From NCBI GenBank assembly GCA_964016885.1, contig OZ024743.1, positions 296,298,001 through 296,362,000 on the forward strand: a stretch of DNA of 64,000 nt, read 5' to 3'. The notes under the pieces are model-generated. The model was not told where the DNA came from, searched no databases, and saw nothing but the letters and a program-made list of their open reading frames with translations. Position 1 is the stretch's first letter, and each line of letters starts with the position of its first letter. The translations under genes and the position numbers were made by a program. Shown piece after piece: positions 1 to 12,382 of the stretch. The stretch is from Eledone cirrhosa. Lineage: Eukaryota.

Positions 1-900
1 ACCAAAGAGACAAAATCAGAGTATACAAAGCACCCACAGAGAAGTATAAGACCCTCAAAGAAATGGGCATGAAAGGAATTTTCCCATTATACAGGAGCAA
101 ATCATGGAATAGCTTAGATAGGACTAAACATAAGATAGGGAAAGCCACTTCATGGTACGACAACCAGAGATACCAGAGTGTCATGTTCGTAGATGCTACC
201 CCTGGGGGGAAATTAGCTAACCAACGTAGAAAGGACCTAAAAAAGACCCACTTATAGATTAAAGTGGTAGAAAAGCCAGGAACTACCATAAAATTCCTGA
301 TCAGCAAAACATACCCCTTTAAGAAAACCCACTGTACTAATAAGAAATGTGTTATATGTAAAGTGAACACCCAGATAAACCGCAAAACTAAAAATTTAGT
401 CTATAGCATAAGATGTACAGAGGGTACTTGCAGAAATATGACAACGACATACATAGGCGAGACTACTCGAAGCATAGGAGAAAGAATAGACCAACACTTG
501 GGGGGAATTAAAAGGACAAAAAAAAAACGGTTCAGTACTATACAAACACGCCAGACAAAGATATGGCGGTAATATAGATAAAATAATATCTAAACATAGA
601 AATGACCCAACAGGTAGGCAAATCAGAGAAGCAAGTGGGATAGAGCTTAGAAAACCAAAGTTAAACAGAAAAAACGAATGGAATAACAACAACCATACCC
701 AAACAAACAATACTGACTTAAGGGAAATATAAATAAATAAATAAATAAATGAATAAATAAAAAAGAAATTGCGTAAACATTACAATACAATAGGAGGGAA
801 CAAGATAATAGTACCACTGATGATGTTGCAGATGTGCAACGAAAGAACTTTGTATATATATATTTATATTTGTATTTTTAACCGTTGGTCTGTCAGTGAT
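1..900 (+). mobile_element. Penelope-like element 3' part (GIY-YIG endonuclease, frameshifted)
   Basis: ORF 264-572 has CTNKKCVIC...NLVYSIRC...YIGETTRSIGERIDQH (GIY-YIG); ORF 63-257 is the preceding segment; an HHR-like motif follows at 812-854. Confidence 0.8.
812..854 (+). ncRNA. Degenerate type I hammerhead motif
   Basis: CTGATGA-t-GTTGCA gatg TGCAAC-GAAA-gaac-TT; perfect stem II but stem I (tacca/tgta) imperfect. Confidence 0.55.
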
Positions 901-1030
901 AACCATTGATTGCGAAATATATTAACTATGGAGATATAAAAGATACAGAAGTGAAAACCAACCAAACAATGTGTTCTGTTATTATTTCTGGCAATATTAT
1001 TACAACAATATGACCCTGCCCAAGTATAAC

Positions 1031-1068
<38 letters not shown>

Positions 1069-1214
1069 TTTTGAGTTTATGTTGGTTGTATACCAACACC
1101 TCAGTATGCAGGCTGGAGCACTCGACGAAGTGCGCAGGTTGGTTTGGTTACTCCGGAGTAGTGTAAAATAAAGTTAAATAAAAGTCAAATGATTAAAATT
1201 TAGCTTCGTTTATT

Positions 1215-1269
1215 ACTGCTATATATATTTCAGTGACAGCCATCTTTGACTGTGACCTCTTCAGGCAGT
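1215..1269 (-). ncRNA. Type I hammerhead ribozyme motif
   Basis: Minus strand ACTGC-CTGAAGA-GGTCACAGTC aaagat GGCTGTCACT-GAAA-tatata-TA-GCAGT; inside a short element ~1068-1382 bounded by (AG)n and (TA)n. Confidence 0.8.
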
Positions 1270-1380
1270 TTGAATTAGTATGGTATAGACAAGTACATAT
1301 GTTGTTTAGGTGTATGATATTGTCAATACTCTGATATGCCCAGTTCCTTGTTGGGTTGTTAATTCACTGGGGAACTGGAG

Positions 1381-1423
<43 letters not shown>

Positions 1424-1647
1424 TAGATTAGAGCAAACATCACGGACGCTCTATCTCAAAATTATTTTTGAAAAGCATTAGAAATGCGCAACCGGTAAAA
1501 CTTAAAACCAAAACTGAATACTAACCAATACTATTACTAATTCTCACTTATTCCTAATTAAACTATTTTTCACTGTGAACAATTTGTCAGCATTTTCTTT
1601 TCCGTTTACCAATATATCATAACTTGTGTGTTACACCTCTATTCTTT

Positions 1648-1695
<48 letters not shown>

Positions 1696-1698
<3 letters not shown>

Positions 1699-2185
1699 AT
1701 AAATATTTCGTATCTCCAAAGAAATACGGTTTTAGGAAGCCGTAGATATGCAAACACCGGGGGGCTAATGCCCTCTGGTGGTGTCCAGCAGAAGCAAGGG
1801 GGACAACCGTCTATACATATCAGGCTTAACTGGCCTTCGTCGGGACGGTCCCTCCCACCGCTTGCGACTGCTGGACTAGAAGACAGGCGAGAATATATAC
1901 TTTTCTCGAGAATATATACTTTTACACAGACGAGAAAAGTATATATTCTCGCCTGTATTCTAGTCCAGCAGTCGCAAGCGGTGGGAAGGACCGTCCTGAC
2001 GAAGGGCAGTTAAGCCTGAAATGCATAGACGGTTGTGCCCCTTGCTTCTGCTGGACATCACCAGAGGGCATTATCCCCCCGGTGTTTGCATAGCTACGGC
2101 TTCCTAAAACCGTATTTCTTTGGAGATACGAAATATTTATACATATTGTATAAAGCTATGCTTGAAGCGAAATCCTATTTCTTTT
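1696..2185. repeat. ~450-bp inverted repeat (PLE pseudo-LTR-like) with 40-nt 3' extension
   Basis: 1696-1909 is the reverse complement of 1931-2143 with scattered mismatches; (TA)n on both sides. Confidence 0.9.
1989..2034 (+). ncRNA. Minimal type I hammerhead ribozyme motif
   Basis: GACCGTC-CTGACGA-a-GGGC agttaa GCCT-GAAA-tgca-TA-GACGGTT; palindromic minimal stem III. Confidence 0.85.
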
Positions 2186-2197
2186 ATATATATATAT

Positions 2198-2993
2198 ATT
2201 AAAATAACAGATTAAAGTTTAAGCAAAGAATCACTGCTTTCAGCCTTAACGGGATCTTCTGAAACTAAATATTTCGAAGAACGTTGTAACATATGTGTAT
2301 TTACCTGTAGGTATGTGTGTGCGTGCGCTATATACGTATTTATGTGTGTATATTTGTATACGTTTATATAATTATATATATATACACACAGATATATATT
2401 TTTTTATGTGTATTTGGTGTATACGTTCGTATGTGTTGCGTGGGTTTATGTATGTGTGCGCGTGTTTATGTGTACGTGCATGTATATGCATGCATGGCGC
2501 GTGTTTTCGCGTATGCACGTGTATGTACGTATATAGATGCGTGTATGTATATATTTAATTATTGATTTTAATAGCCTCTGTCATTTTCGTTCTACTTATT
2601 TATTTACATTATTCTTAACTCTGAAACCGAGAATATTAGTCTACGACTTCATTTATACCATAAACATGGTTTGTCTTTGCGTGTAATTGTTCTCATCGTT
2701 CCAGATAACGACGTATTATCTTCGCTTTTTTTCGTTCATTGCCAGGGAACGTCTTCACGAACCAAAGTATCGTCTTCCTGTTTTCCTTCGGTTGCAACGT
2801 TTTTCGAAATATTTACTTCTGCGTTCACAGATTGATTATTTTAGTTTCAGAAGATCCAGTTAAGGGTGAAAGCAGCGATTCTTTGCTTAAACTTTAATCT
2901 ATTATTTTAATAAATATTTGCTCTAGGGTTCTTATATATTTGATATATATTTATCCTTATCGAACCCTCCTTGGATTTTAGTCTTCACGTTTA
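2198..2993 (+). mobile_element. Short PLE-type element with inverted 5' duplication and hammerhead-like fold
   Basis: 2198-2290 is an inverted copy of 2791-2910; HHR-like fold at 2843-2893 with CAGAAGA core; 3' end recurs at ~61875-62030. Confidence 0.6.
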
Positions 2994-5361
2994 TGTTGCG
3001 AAAAGCCAATAACAGCCGGTGAAATACGGGAAGCGATGGCTAACTGCACGAGGGGTAAATCGCCAGGTTTGGATGGTCTGCCCTACAAGCTTTATGCATT
3101 TATGCCAGACTTGTTCGGTGACCTCTTGGCAGACGTCTACTGCAACTGGCAGCAGAACGGAAGCATTCCCAGTGATTGTGAGCCGGGGAGCGGTGGCGCT
3201 GCTGAGAAAAGACCCGAACAAGGGGGATGTTATCGATAACTTCAACCCCATAACCCTGCTAAACGCAGGGTTCAAGATTTTGGCCAAGGTGTTAGCAACG
3301 AGGTTGGCGCTTGTCGTCAGGGTCTGGTGGGAGAGGCGCATACATGCGCCATTCCGGACAGATCCATACACAACATCCTCCACCTCATGCGATACATCAT
3401 AGAGAGGGTGGTTAAGGAACCTGGCGCAGGTGGGGCCCTGATCAACTTGGATCAATCCAAAGCATTCGATAGGGTCGACCATCGGTACTTGGCGGCGGTC
3501 CTCGAGGCAGCCAGTTTCGGGCCCGTTTTCAATTGTGAGGGTGAACGGTCACCTATCGCAGCCGTTCAGCATCATGCGCTCGATCCGCCAGGGTTGTCCC
3601 CTCTTGTCCCTCTTGTATGTATTGGCTTTCGAGCCGTTACTGCACAAACTGGGGGCGATGAGGGGCGTCCCTCGCGAACTAGGATGTGGGAAATCCGAAT
3701 CGGCTTACGCCGACGACGTCACCGTGGCGGTGTAGAGCACCAGACACGTCCAGATGCTCGGCACTGCTCTCAAGGAATACGAAGCGGTGACAGGAGCAAA
3801 GATAAACCAGGAAAAGTCGGTGGACTTGCAGCTCAGCACCTGGAGAGGCAAGTCCATGGCGTCCGACAGCGGCGTGGGGCGTTGGATGGACGGACCGGTT
3901 AAATTGCTCGGGGTCTGGTTCGGACCGGACCTCCAGATGGAGAAAAAGTGGAGCGAGGTGGCGAGCAAGGTGGCCTCCCTCACCCAGAAATGGGCCGAGG
4001 GAAGCTGTCCCTGAAAGGCCGGGCGGAGGTGGCGAATGCGTACATCGCATCCGTCATCTGCTACCGACTCACCGTCGTCCCTTGCTCCGGCCCAACACTC
4101 ACCAAAATGGAGCGTCTCCTCTTCCACTTTTTGTGGAAGGGATGCGCTCCCATGGTCAGACGATCCATCTGCTGTCAACACCCGTTGCGAGGAGAACTGG
4201 GCATGCCATGGCTGATAATGCGCAAACATGTGCTGAGGCTACGACATTTCTGGTGCTTCCTTGATGGTGAACAGGTGTGGTCGCCGTTCGCCAGGCACGT
4301 TTTCCCACAGCTCGTCTCCTTGACAGAGCTGCAGTCCTGAGTCAGGAAAAGACCGAGGGATAGCGCTTGGAACTGGAATGTCTCCAGACGCTCACTGCCC
4401 TCTGCCAGCTGGGCACCATATCGGTGGAACATCCACCTCGGCCTTCTGTAGAGGACAAGTGGAAAGGAAGAGCGACGACGTTCTCGGAGAGATCCTGGGC
4501 GTCGAAGATCAGCTGTTTGCTCTCTTCCGGAGAACTTTCAGCCCAGAGCCTATGGAAAACTTCCAAAAATCCCTGGCCTGGCAGTGTTACCTGGAGCGTT
4601 GCCGGTTCGAGATAAGCTCTACAGGCACGGAAGTGCCGTCAACCGAGCCTGTCCGAGATGCGCGCAAAGCGACGAAATCGCCGTGCATGCACTCGTTCAG
4701 TGTCCGAGCATTGCTGACTTGTGGAGCTATGTCGAACAGCTGCTGTCGCGTGTAGGACTGATCCGGTTATCGACTGAGTCCATTGTGCAGATGGTCTCGC
4801 CGTCTTCCTTCGAGGAGGAAGGGCAGGCGGTTTTCATCTGCCTGGTGGCCATGGCGAAAGAGATTGTGTGGTGGACAAGGTTGAAAGGGTTAAAGACAGA
4901 TACTTTCCTCTTCGGCGAATCCCTAATTAACTTTTTCAAGTTTCACTTGAAGAGGAAAATCAGGGGGGAGAGGCAAGTGCTGCCTTCTAGCAAGTTTGTT
5001 GAAAGGTGGGTGAATGTAGCGAGAATGGTCTGAATGCTCTGAATATATGTCTGTAGTTTGAGGAATGGAAAAATTGAGAGAGGGCGCTTGCCCTGGTGGT
5101 CAGGGGGGCCGTGGTCTTTTGTGTGATTTTCGCCACGGGTAACCCTCGGAGGTTTCCCCCCTATTGGGGAGTTTATCATTGTTTCAATTTTCATTTTTAT
5201 TGTTTATATATATATATATTTTTCTGTCTTTTTCTTTTTCTTTTCTTATATAAATATTAAAAATCTTTACACGAACAAAACCCACATCGTACCGTCCTAT
5301 ACCGTCCGTGCCGTCTGTAATGTTTTTCTTGATGTAAGCCCTTGTGGCCAATAAAGAAATC
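2994..5361 (+). mobile_element. 5'-truncated Tx1/L1-clade non-LTR retrotransposon (RT pseudogene)
   Basis: KSPGLDG, PITLLN, LDQSKAFDRVDH, RQGCPL, YADD, CPRC..H..C across frames; AATAAA at 5350 then (ATT)n. Confidence 0.93.
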
Positions 5362-5376
5362 ATTATTATTATTATA

Positions 5377-5412
<36 letters not shown>
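5362..5412. repeat. (ATT)n microsatellite between two Tx1 copies
   Basis: Direct reading. Confidence 0.95.
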
Positions 5413-8400
5413 GAATGCCATCGGCTCTGTAAGGTATAGTAATTTTTAACCGCTATAACAATTGTAAATTGTTTAAAACTTGAACCAAATTGTAGATAAA
5501 AACACCCTCCTCCTCGTGAGAGGGGTCTTTCTGTCTGTTATTTGGCCCTTCGGGGTTAAATAACCGCTTATTGGGGTTTTTCTGCCGAATATTCATTTTA
5601 AACCGTAAAAAAAAACATGGCTACAATAATAATTTTCGCAAGTCACTCCCACTCTTTCCGTCTTCTACTTCCTCAATCGTCATTACATCAGAGAGATTGT
5701 CTGTCTCCCTCCCTTCTCTAAATGTGGTATCGCCTCTTTCGCAAGCGACGCCATTAAAGAAAAAGAAAAATATAGTTTCTGGTAGATTTCACCAAGAGAA
5801 CGTGCATACCGTGGAACATTTCTCCACGACGACGACAAGGACGAAAAATGTGTGCGGTAAACACGGAAAGCCATTTCATTCGTCTGACGTCATGAAGAAT
5901 AGCAGCAGCAGCCGTAATAACAGCAGCAGCAGTAACAGTGACAAGGAAAACACTAGTAGCAGCTGCAACAACATCAGCAGCAGCATAAACAACAACAGCA
6001 GCAGCAGCAACAGTAACAACAACAGCAGCAGCAGCAACAACAACAACAACCACAGCAACAGCGGCGGCGGCGGTCGTAGTACCAGCAGCAACAACAAAAG
6101 TAACAGCAGCTCAGACGACAACAACAACAACAACAAGAAAGAAAAACCAATCTCGTTTGCAGGTATCGCAAAGAACCTGGAAACCATCCTTATATCAAAT
6201 GAGGAATTACAGGAAGCAAAGAAGTTGGTGACGAAAACCGGACACCGAGCAATCTTTCGAAACCCAACAGCACTGTACGGTCATGTACCGTACAGTAAGC
6301 ACCAAATCACGTAGGGTTGAAAGAGCCACAGAGGCTCAAATACAAAAAGCCTTAGGGCCTGTGTGGCAGCGGAAAACGCATATCACCCGAGGCAAGAAAT
6401 ATGCCACCGTGGACGTGCTCAATCCTTAGGGACCCTAAGGAGCGAGGAAATGGTGTTGGTGCCCTCCTACTGCGGGCAAAAAATTGTGAGGGTCAAACTG
6501 ACCCACGTATCCCCCGGGATGGCCCCTTCTTGGCTGGCCGCGTCTGTCCTCGTCGGAATCGAGGACAAAACAACTGTACGGCATGTACAGAAAAAAGTAC
6601 GAGAATATTGGGTCGGCACCTCCATTGAGATGTTAATTCAAACCAACCAGGAGTGCATCTAAGCCATCCCGGATGTGATAGACTTCGATAACGGCACTCA
6701 ACTTCCCATAAGTGTTGAGGGCAAAAGCCTGAAATGCTTTCGCTGTGGGTCGAAGACTCACCACAGGGCCTTCTGCAATGAGAAGACCCTGAGAAAGGAG
6801 AAAACCCCCTCCTTCCGAAACCGGCTCCACTGCTACCAGCAACAGGACAAGCGGCAAGCAGGAAGGATAGGTCCGTGGCACCCATACCCACGCCACGGAA
6901 ATCAAGAACAGCAGCAGCAGTGGAAGTATTAACAACAACAGTAATACCAACTGCAGCTGCAACAGAGACTCCACTGCAACCATCACCAACAAGAACAAGT
7001 GAAAGAGTGGAGCTGGTACCCCTCCCCGACCTCACAGAATCGGACATGGAGTGTGAGGTGGGAGAGGGATGCAAAAGGCACAAACGCAGAAGCAGCGCAT
7101 CGTCGCCTTCGAAAAGGGAGAGAAGAAATGAAAAAAGGGTAAAGGCTACTGCAAAGAGACTTACAGCAGCAACACCACACCATCACCACCCACACTAGCA
7201 CCACCATCACCACCGCGGCAACCCCACCGCCAACAACAACACCTTCAACCCCACCACCACAAGCACCAACATCGCAAACACAACAACAAAACACACACAC
7301 CCAGCAACAACGACAAGAAACTAGCAGAACCACACCACACCCCCAGAAAAAGAAATGCACAGCAATAAATACACACAACAAGAAACTAATGAATTACATA
7401 ATTGAACACAGACATTTCACAGCACGACTACATAATACCAGCACCAATCAAAAGACCAACGAACATAAGACTGGTAAGAATAGCACAGAAACAATACACA
7501 AACATTAAAATAAAATTCCCCAACGCAGTTGGTGATTTCAGAGACCTAGGAGGGACACTCAACCGGAGAGTATATTCAGATATACTCACAGAAGAGCCGA
7601 CGACCAGCCGAAGGGACAATTCAACGGTCCCTTCACTAGACGATCAAGTGAAAAGGGATGGAGAAACCATCCTTCCTCTACGAGAAGTATGGTAAGTGGT
7701 CTTGCCCATCTTTTCCACTCCATTTCAACATGACCTCACTCAGAATAGGCAGCATAAATGCTCGTGGCTTGGGGTCGTCATGGAAGCAGGGCCACCTGCT
7801 CAGCGACCTCAAGTCACTAAACATAGATGTAGTGGCCATCAGCGAGACCAGAATCTCCGAAGCACGGTCTTCCGCACCGATCTTCGGCGGCTACGATGTG
7901 TACGCATCCCCCAGAAGTCCGGGATCGGGAGGAGGAGTTGCTGTGCTTTTTCAGAGAGGTTTGGATCTCGCCATACGGGCCATCTTCCTGGACCCAGAAG
8001 GTAAGTTGGTGGTGCTGGACGTGACCAGTGGAGATGGGCAAGCTTTCAGGCTAGTGGCCGTCTATGCCCCGACAGGAGCAGGGCGGCTTGATTTCTTCCA
8101 GCGTCTGGAGACCTTTCTAGGAACGTCCCGCTCTTTAGTGTTAGTGGGCGACTGGAACGGGATCTTAGATGCACGCTGGGACTGTGTGGGATTAGCGGAT
8201 AGGGGAGGAGGGTGCAAGAGCCTCACCAACCTGCTCAGGCGTTTTGAACTGTCTGACAGGTACCGATTGGATTTCCCGAATGTACCAATGTGGACTTGGA
8301 CAAACCCCATAGGGTCATCCAGATCATATCTAGATAGAGTATTTTGTAGGGAAATAGATAGATCTAGCATAGGCTGTCCACAATTCAAGATAGTCAGCTA

Positions 8401-11392
8401 CACGGAACACAAATTCGTGATGTGTGCTTGACTTAGATAGGCCTCATAGACGAGGACCCGGCTACTGGAAGCTAAACACGTCCTTTCCAGCGGAAAGAGA
8501 CCGGATTAGCGAACTAGTTAAGCGAGCGTTGACGGGAGCCATCGTCAACAACAAGTGGCGGTTTGCTCTGAAAAGAGCGATTAGAATAGAGTCCGTTAGG
8601 TTTAGTAAGGCTTTAGCTATAGAGAAAAATAGAGCAGAGGCACAACTAGTTAGAAAATTAGACAAGGCGCTTAGCAAAGGCATCGCGGCCGACGTACTTG
8701 CGGCGAAATTGGCCCTTGACCAATTCTTCAATGCAAAGCACGAAGGCTGCGTTGTCAGAAATAGGGTGCGTGCTCTCAGACGCGAGGGGACGAAAGCCGT
8801 TCAATGGGCCTGAGTGGCTGAGGCGCATCGTGCACACAAAGCCACGATCCGGTCTTTGGTGGACCATGGTGGGCGCATGCTACTCGATCCCGGGCAAATG
8901 TGTGAAGCTTTTCAGCGACACTTCGCTCAGCTGTTCGGGGGCAGCGGCGAGCCGGATCGAGGGATGGACTTTAGTGTCTACCTCGACGGACTACCGCGGC
9001 TCTCGGCCATTGAGGCGGAGTGTTGCGAAAAGCCGATAACAGCCGCTGAAGTACGGGAGGCAATGACTGGCTGCACAAGGGGTAAATCGTCTGGTTTGGA
9101 TGGTCTGCCCTATGAACTTTAGGTACAGATGCCAGACTTGTTCGGAGGCTTCTTGGCGGACGTCTACTGCAACTGGCAACAGAACGGGAGAATTCCCAGC
9201 TCTGTGAGCCGAGGAGCGGTGGCGCTGCTGAGAAAGGATCCGAACAAGGAGGATAACATAGATAATTTCAGGCCCATAACTCTGCTAAACACAGAGTTCA
9301 AGATTTTGGCCAAGGTGCTAGCAAAGAGGTTGGCGCTTGTCATTGGTGGTCTGGTGGGAGAGGCGCAGACATGCGCCATTCCCGACAGATCCATCCACGA
9401 CAACCTCCACCTCATGCGATACATCGTAGAGAGGGTAGCTAGGGAACCTGGCACGGGTGGGTCCTTGGTCAATTTAGATCAGTCGAAAGCTTTCGATAGG
9501 GTCGACCATCGTTACCTAGCGGCAGTCCTGAAGGCGGCTGGCTTTGGGCCCGTCTTCAGAGGCTCGAATCTTCCATGCACAGCGACATCTGCTCTGTAGT
9601 GAGAGTGAACGGTCACCTTTCGGAACCGTTCAACATCATGCGCTCGGTCCGCCAAGGATGTCCTCTCTCGTCCCTCTTGTAGGTATTGACTCTCAAGCCA
9701 TTACTGCACAAACTGGAGACGTTTAGGGGGTCCCGCGCGAACTAGGATGCGGAAGATCCGTGTCAGCATATGCGGACGATGTCACCGTAGTGGTGTCGAA
9801 CGCCAAACACATCGAGGCGATCGGCTCTACACTAAGAGAATATGAAGCAGTGACAGGAGCAATGATCAACCAGGATAAGTTAGTGGGCCTGCAGTTCGGC
9901 ACCTGGAGAGGCAGGTCCATGCCGTCCAACAGCGTCGTCGGGCGCTGGACGGACGGATCGGTTAAATTGCTAGGGGTCTGGTTCGGTCCAGACCTCCAGA
10001 CGGACAAAAACTGGGACGAGGTGACGAGCAGGGTGGCTTCTCTCACCCAGAAATGGGCGGAGAGGAAGCTATCCCTGAAAGTTCGAGCGGAGGTGGTTAA
10101 CGCGTACATCGCGTCCGTCATCTGCTACCGCCTGACCGTCGTACCTTGTCCTAAGCCCCGCCTGACTGCGCAGGAGCGTTTTCTCTTTCGCTTTTTGTGG
10201 AAGGGACGCGCTACGATGGTCAGGCGGTCCATCTGCTGTCAACACCCGCTACGTGGAGGGGTGGGCATGCCATAGCTGATGATGCGCAGACACGCGCTCA
10301 GGCTAAGACATCTCCACCTCTTCCTCGGCGGTGACCAGGTGTGGTCGCCGTTTGCTAGACGCCTCTTTCCCCAGCTCGTCTTCTTGACGGAGCTGCAATC
10401 CTGGGTCAAGTGAAGACCGAGAGGGATCGCTTGGAGACTGGAATGTCTTCAGGCGCTCACAGCCCTCGACCAATCGGGCAATGTGATCGGTGGAAACTCC
10501 ACCTCGGCGTTCTATAGAGGATTAGTGGAGGGGAAGAGCGACGACGTAATTGGGTAAACTCTAGGCGTCGACGAAAATCAACTAGCCAATCTCTTCGGAA
10601 GAACTTTCGGGCCGGGGCCTATGGACAACTTCCAGAAATCCCTGGCCTGGCAGTGCACCCGAGGAGCTTTGCCAGTTCGGGATAAACTCTACAGGCATGG
10701 AAGTGCCGTCACCCGGGCATGTCCGAGATGCGCGCAGAGCGACGAAACCGTCATGCACGCACTCGTCCAGTGTCTGAGCATTGCTGACTTGTGGGTTTAT
10801 GTCGAACACCTGCTGTCGCGTGTAGAACGGATCCAGCTATCAGCTGAGTCCATCGTGAGGATTGCCCTGCCCTCTTCCTTTAGCCGAGAAGGGCAGGCAG
10901 TTTTTATCTGTCTGGTCGCCATGGCGAAAGAGATAGTGTGATGGACGTGTTTGAAAGAGCTGAAGACAAGCACTTACCTCTTCGGTGATGCTCTGATTAA
11001 CTTTTTCAAATTTCATTGGAAAAGGAAAATCAGGGTAGAGAGGGAAGTGCTCTCTTCCCAGCATTTTGTTGAAAGATGGGTGAAAGAGGCAAGCATGGCC
11101 CGAGTGAATGGGCCTACTCTGAGTATGTGCCTGTAAATTGAAAGTGGAAAACTGGGAGAGGGCACTTGCCCAGGTGGTCAAGGTCACCGTGGCTTTTTTA
11201 ATGGGCTTTCTCCACGAATGTCCCTCGGAAGTCTGCCCCCCTATTGGGGAATTTTTCATTGTTTCTTTTTTTGTTACATCCTCTGGTTTTGTTTTTTTAC
11301 ACACAGAAACGCCAATTTGTACCGTCCTGTATTGTCCTGTATTGCCCTTAATGTTTTACTTTGTATCAACCCTTGTGGTTAATAAAGAAAGC
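5413..11392 (+). mobile_element. Full-length degenerate Tx1-like retrotransposon (~6 kb)
   Basis: ORF1 pieces 5571-7695 with zinc knuckle CFRCGSKTHHRAFC; ORF2 ~7730-11136 with APE (SINARG, ISETR, VYAP, GDWN, YLDR), RT (YADD) and C-terminal CCHC; AATAAA then (ATT)n; several stops and frameshifts. Confidence 0.95.
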
Positions 11393-11402
11393 ATTATTAT
11401 TA

Positions 11403-11590
11403 TTGGCAGTATCGGTAGAGAGTCGGACACCATGCTTTGAAGCATAGAGTTACGTCCCTTTATGATCTGAGTTCAAATCCCGCCGAGGTTGACTTTGCCT
11501 TTCATCCTTACGGGGTCGATAAAATAAAGTACCAGTAATGCACTGGGAAATTGCTGGCCTTGTGCGAAAAGTAGAATCAATTATTATTAT
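11403..11590 (+). mobile_element. tRNA-derived SINE
   Basis: B-box GAGTTCAAATCC followed by GAGGTTGACTTTGCCTTTCATCCTTACGGGGTCGATAAAATAAAGTACCAG (resembles the Meta central domain); (ATT)n tail; other copies in window. Confidence 0.85.
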
Positions 11591-11600
11591 TATGATTATT

Positions 11601-11885
11601 GTTCTTTGAGTCTCAGTCATTGATGTTATTTAACTGGAAAGTATGTTGAAATGAATATCAAGCCGCTACCTTCAGCCTCAGATATTCAGGACGTATCGAA
11701 GGATTCTTGCTGTTCCAAAAAGCGGGGCTGGACTAATCTTCTTTAACCATACTTGGAAACTCTTCGAGATAGTACCTAGTGCGCCTATGACAATCGGGAC
11801 GACCTTGATTTCATGGCAGTTCCAAATCCTTTTTAACTCCCATTTTAAGTCCTGGTATCGGTTAATTTTCTCCCTCTCCTTTTCT
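11601..11885 (-). mobile_element. 3' fragment of R4/Dong-like RLE retrotransposon
   Basis: Minus translation EKEREKINRYQDLKWELKRIWNCHEIKVVPIVIGALG...GTARILRYVL; (AAT)n-like sequence at both ends. Confidence 0.8.
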
Positions 11886-11911
11886 TATTATTAATATATA
11901 TATATGGAATA

Positions 11912-12311
11912 GAATGAAACGAAATTTCATTTCTCACTCTTAGTACGGCACTTACTTAAATGTAAGTATGTATGTATATGTACATACATATATGTATACA
12001 GTCGTACAGTAGTATGTATATATATACATACATGCACACATATATATATGCACGTATCGGTTTACCGAACATTTATTATAATGCTCGGTTTGTTTGTAAA
12101 CAAACAAACAGCCCGAATTACGCGTACAGTGTTTAGGCAACCACGGCACCTTTTTGTTCAACACTGACACAGGAACGATGTACTAGTTTCAAGCTTATTA
12201 GCTATCGTCAGCATCGATACGTGCATATATATATATGTGTGCTTGTATGTATATATATACATACTACTGTACGTCTGTATATATATATGTTTGTACGTAT
12301 ACATACATACT

Positions 12312-12316
<5 letters not shown>
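11912..12316 (-). repeat. Dispersed partial copy of the 428-bp hammerhead repeat with inverted segment
   Basis: 11912-12216 matches 48321-48616; 12221-12316 is an inverted copy of ~11958-12052. Confidence 0.85.
12176..12216 (-). ncRNA. Minimal type I hammerhead ribozyme motif
   Basis: CGATG-CTGACGA-tAGCT aata AGCTt-GAAA-ctag-TA-CATCG. Confidence 0.85.

Positions 12317-12376
<60 letters not shown>

Positions 12377-12382
<6 letters not shown>

Noticed and set aside
5754-6187. Poly-Leu/Ala/Cys antisense ORFs
   Set aside because: Reverse frames of the (AGC/AAC)n tract in Tx1 ORF1
11403-11485. tRNA gene
   Set aside because: B-box present but no cloverleaf; continues into a multi-copy SINE body
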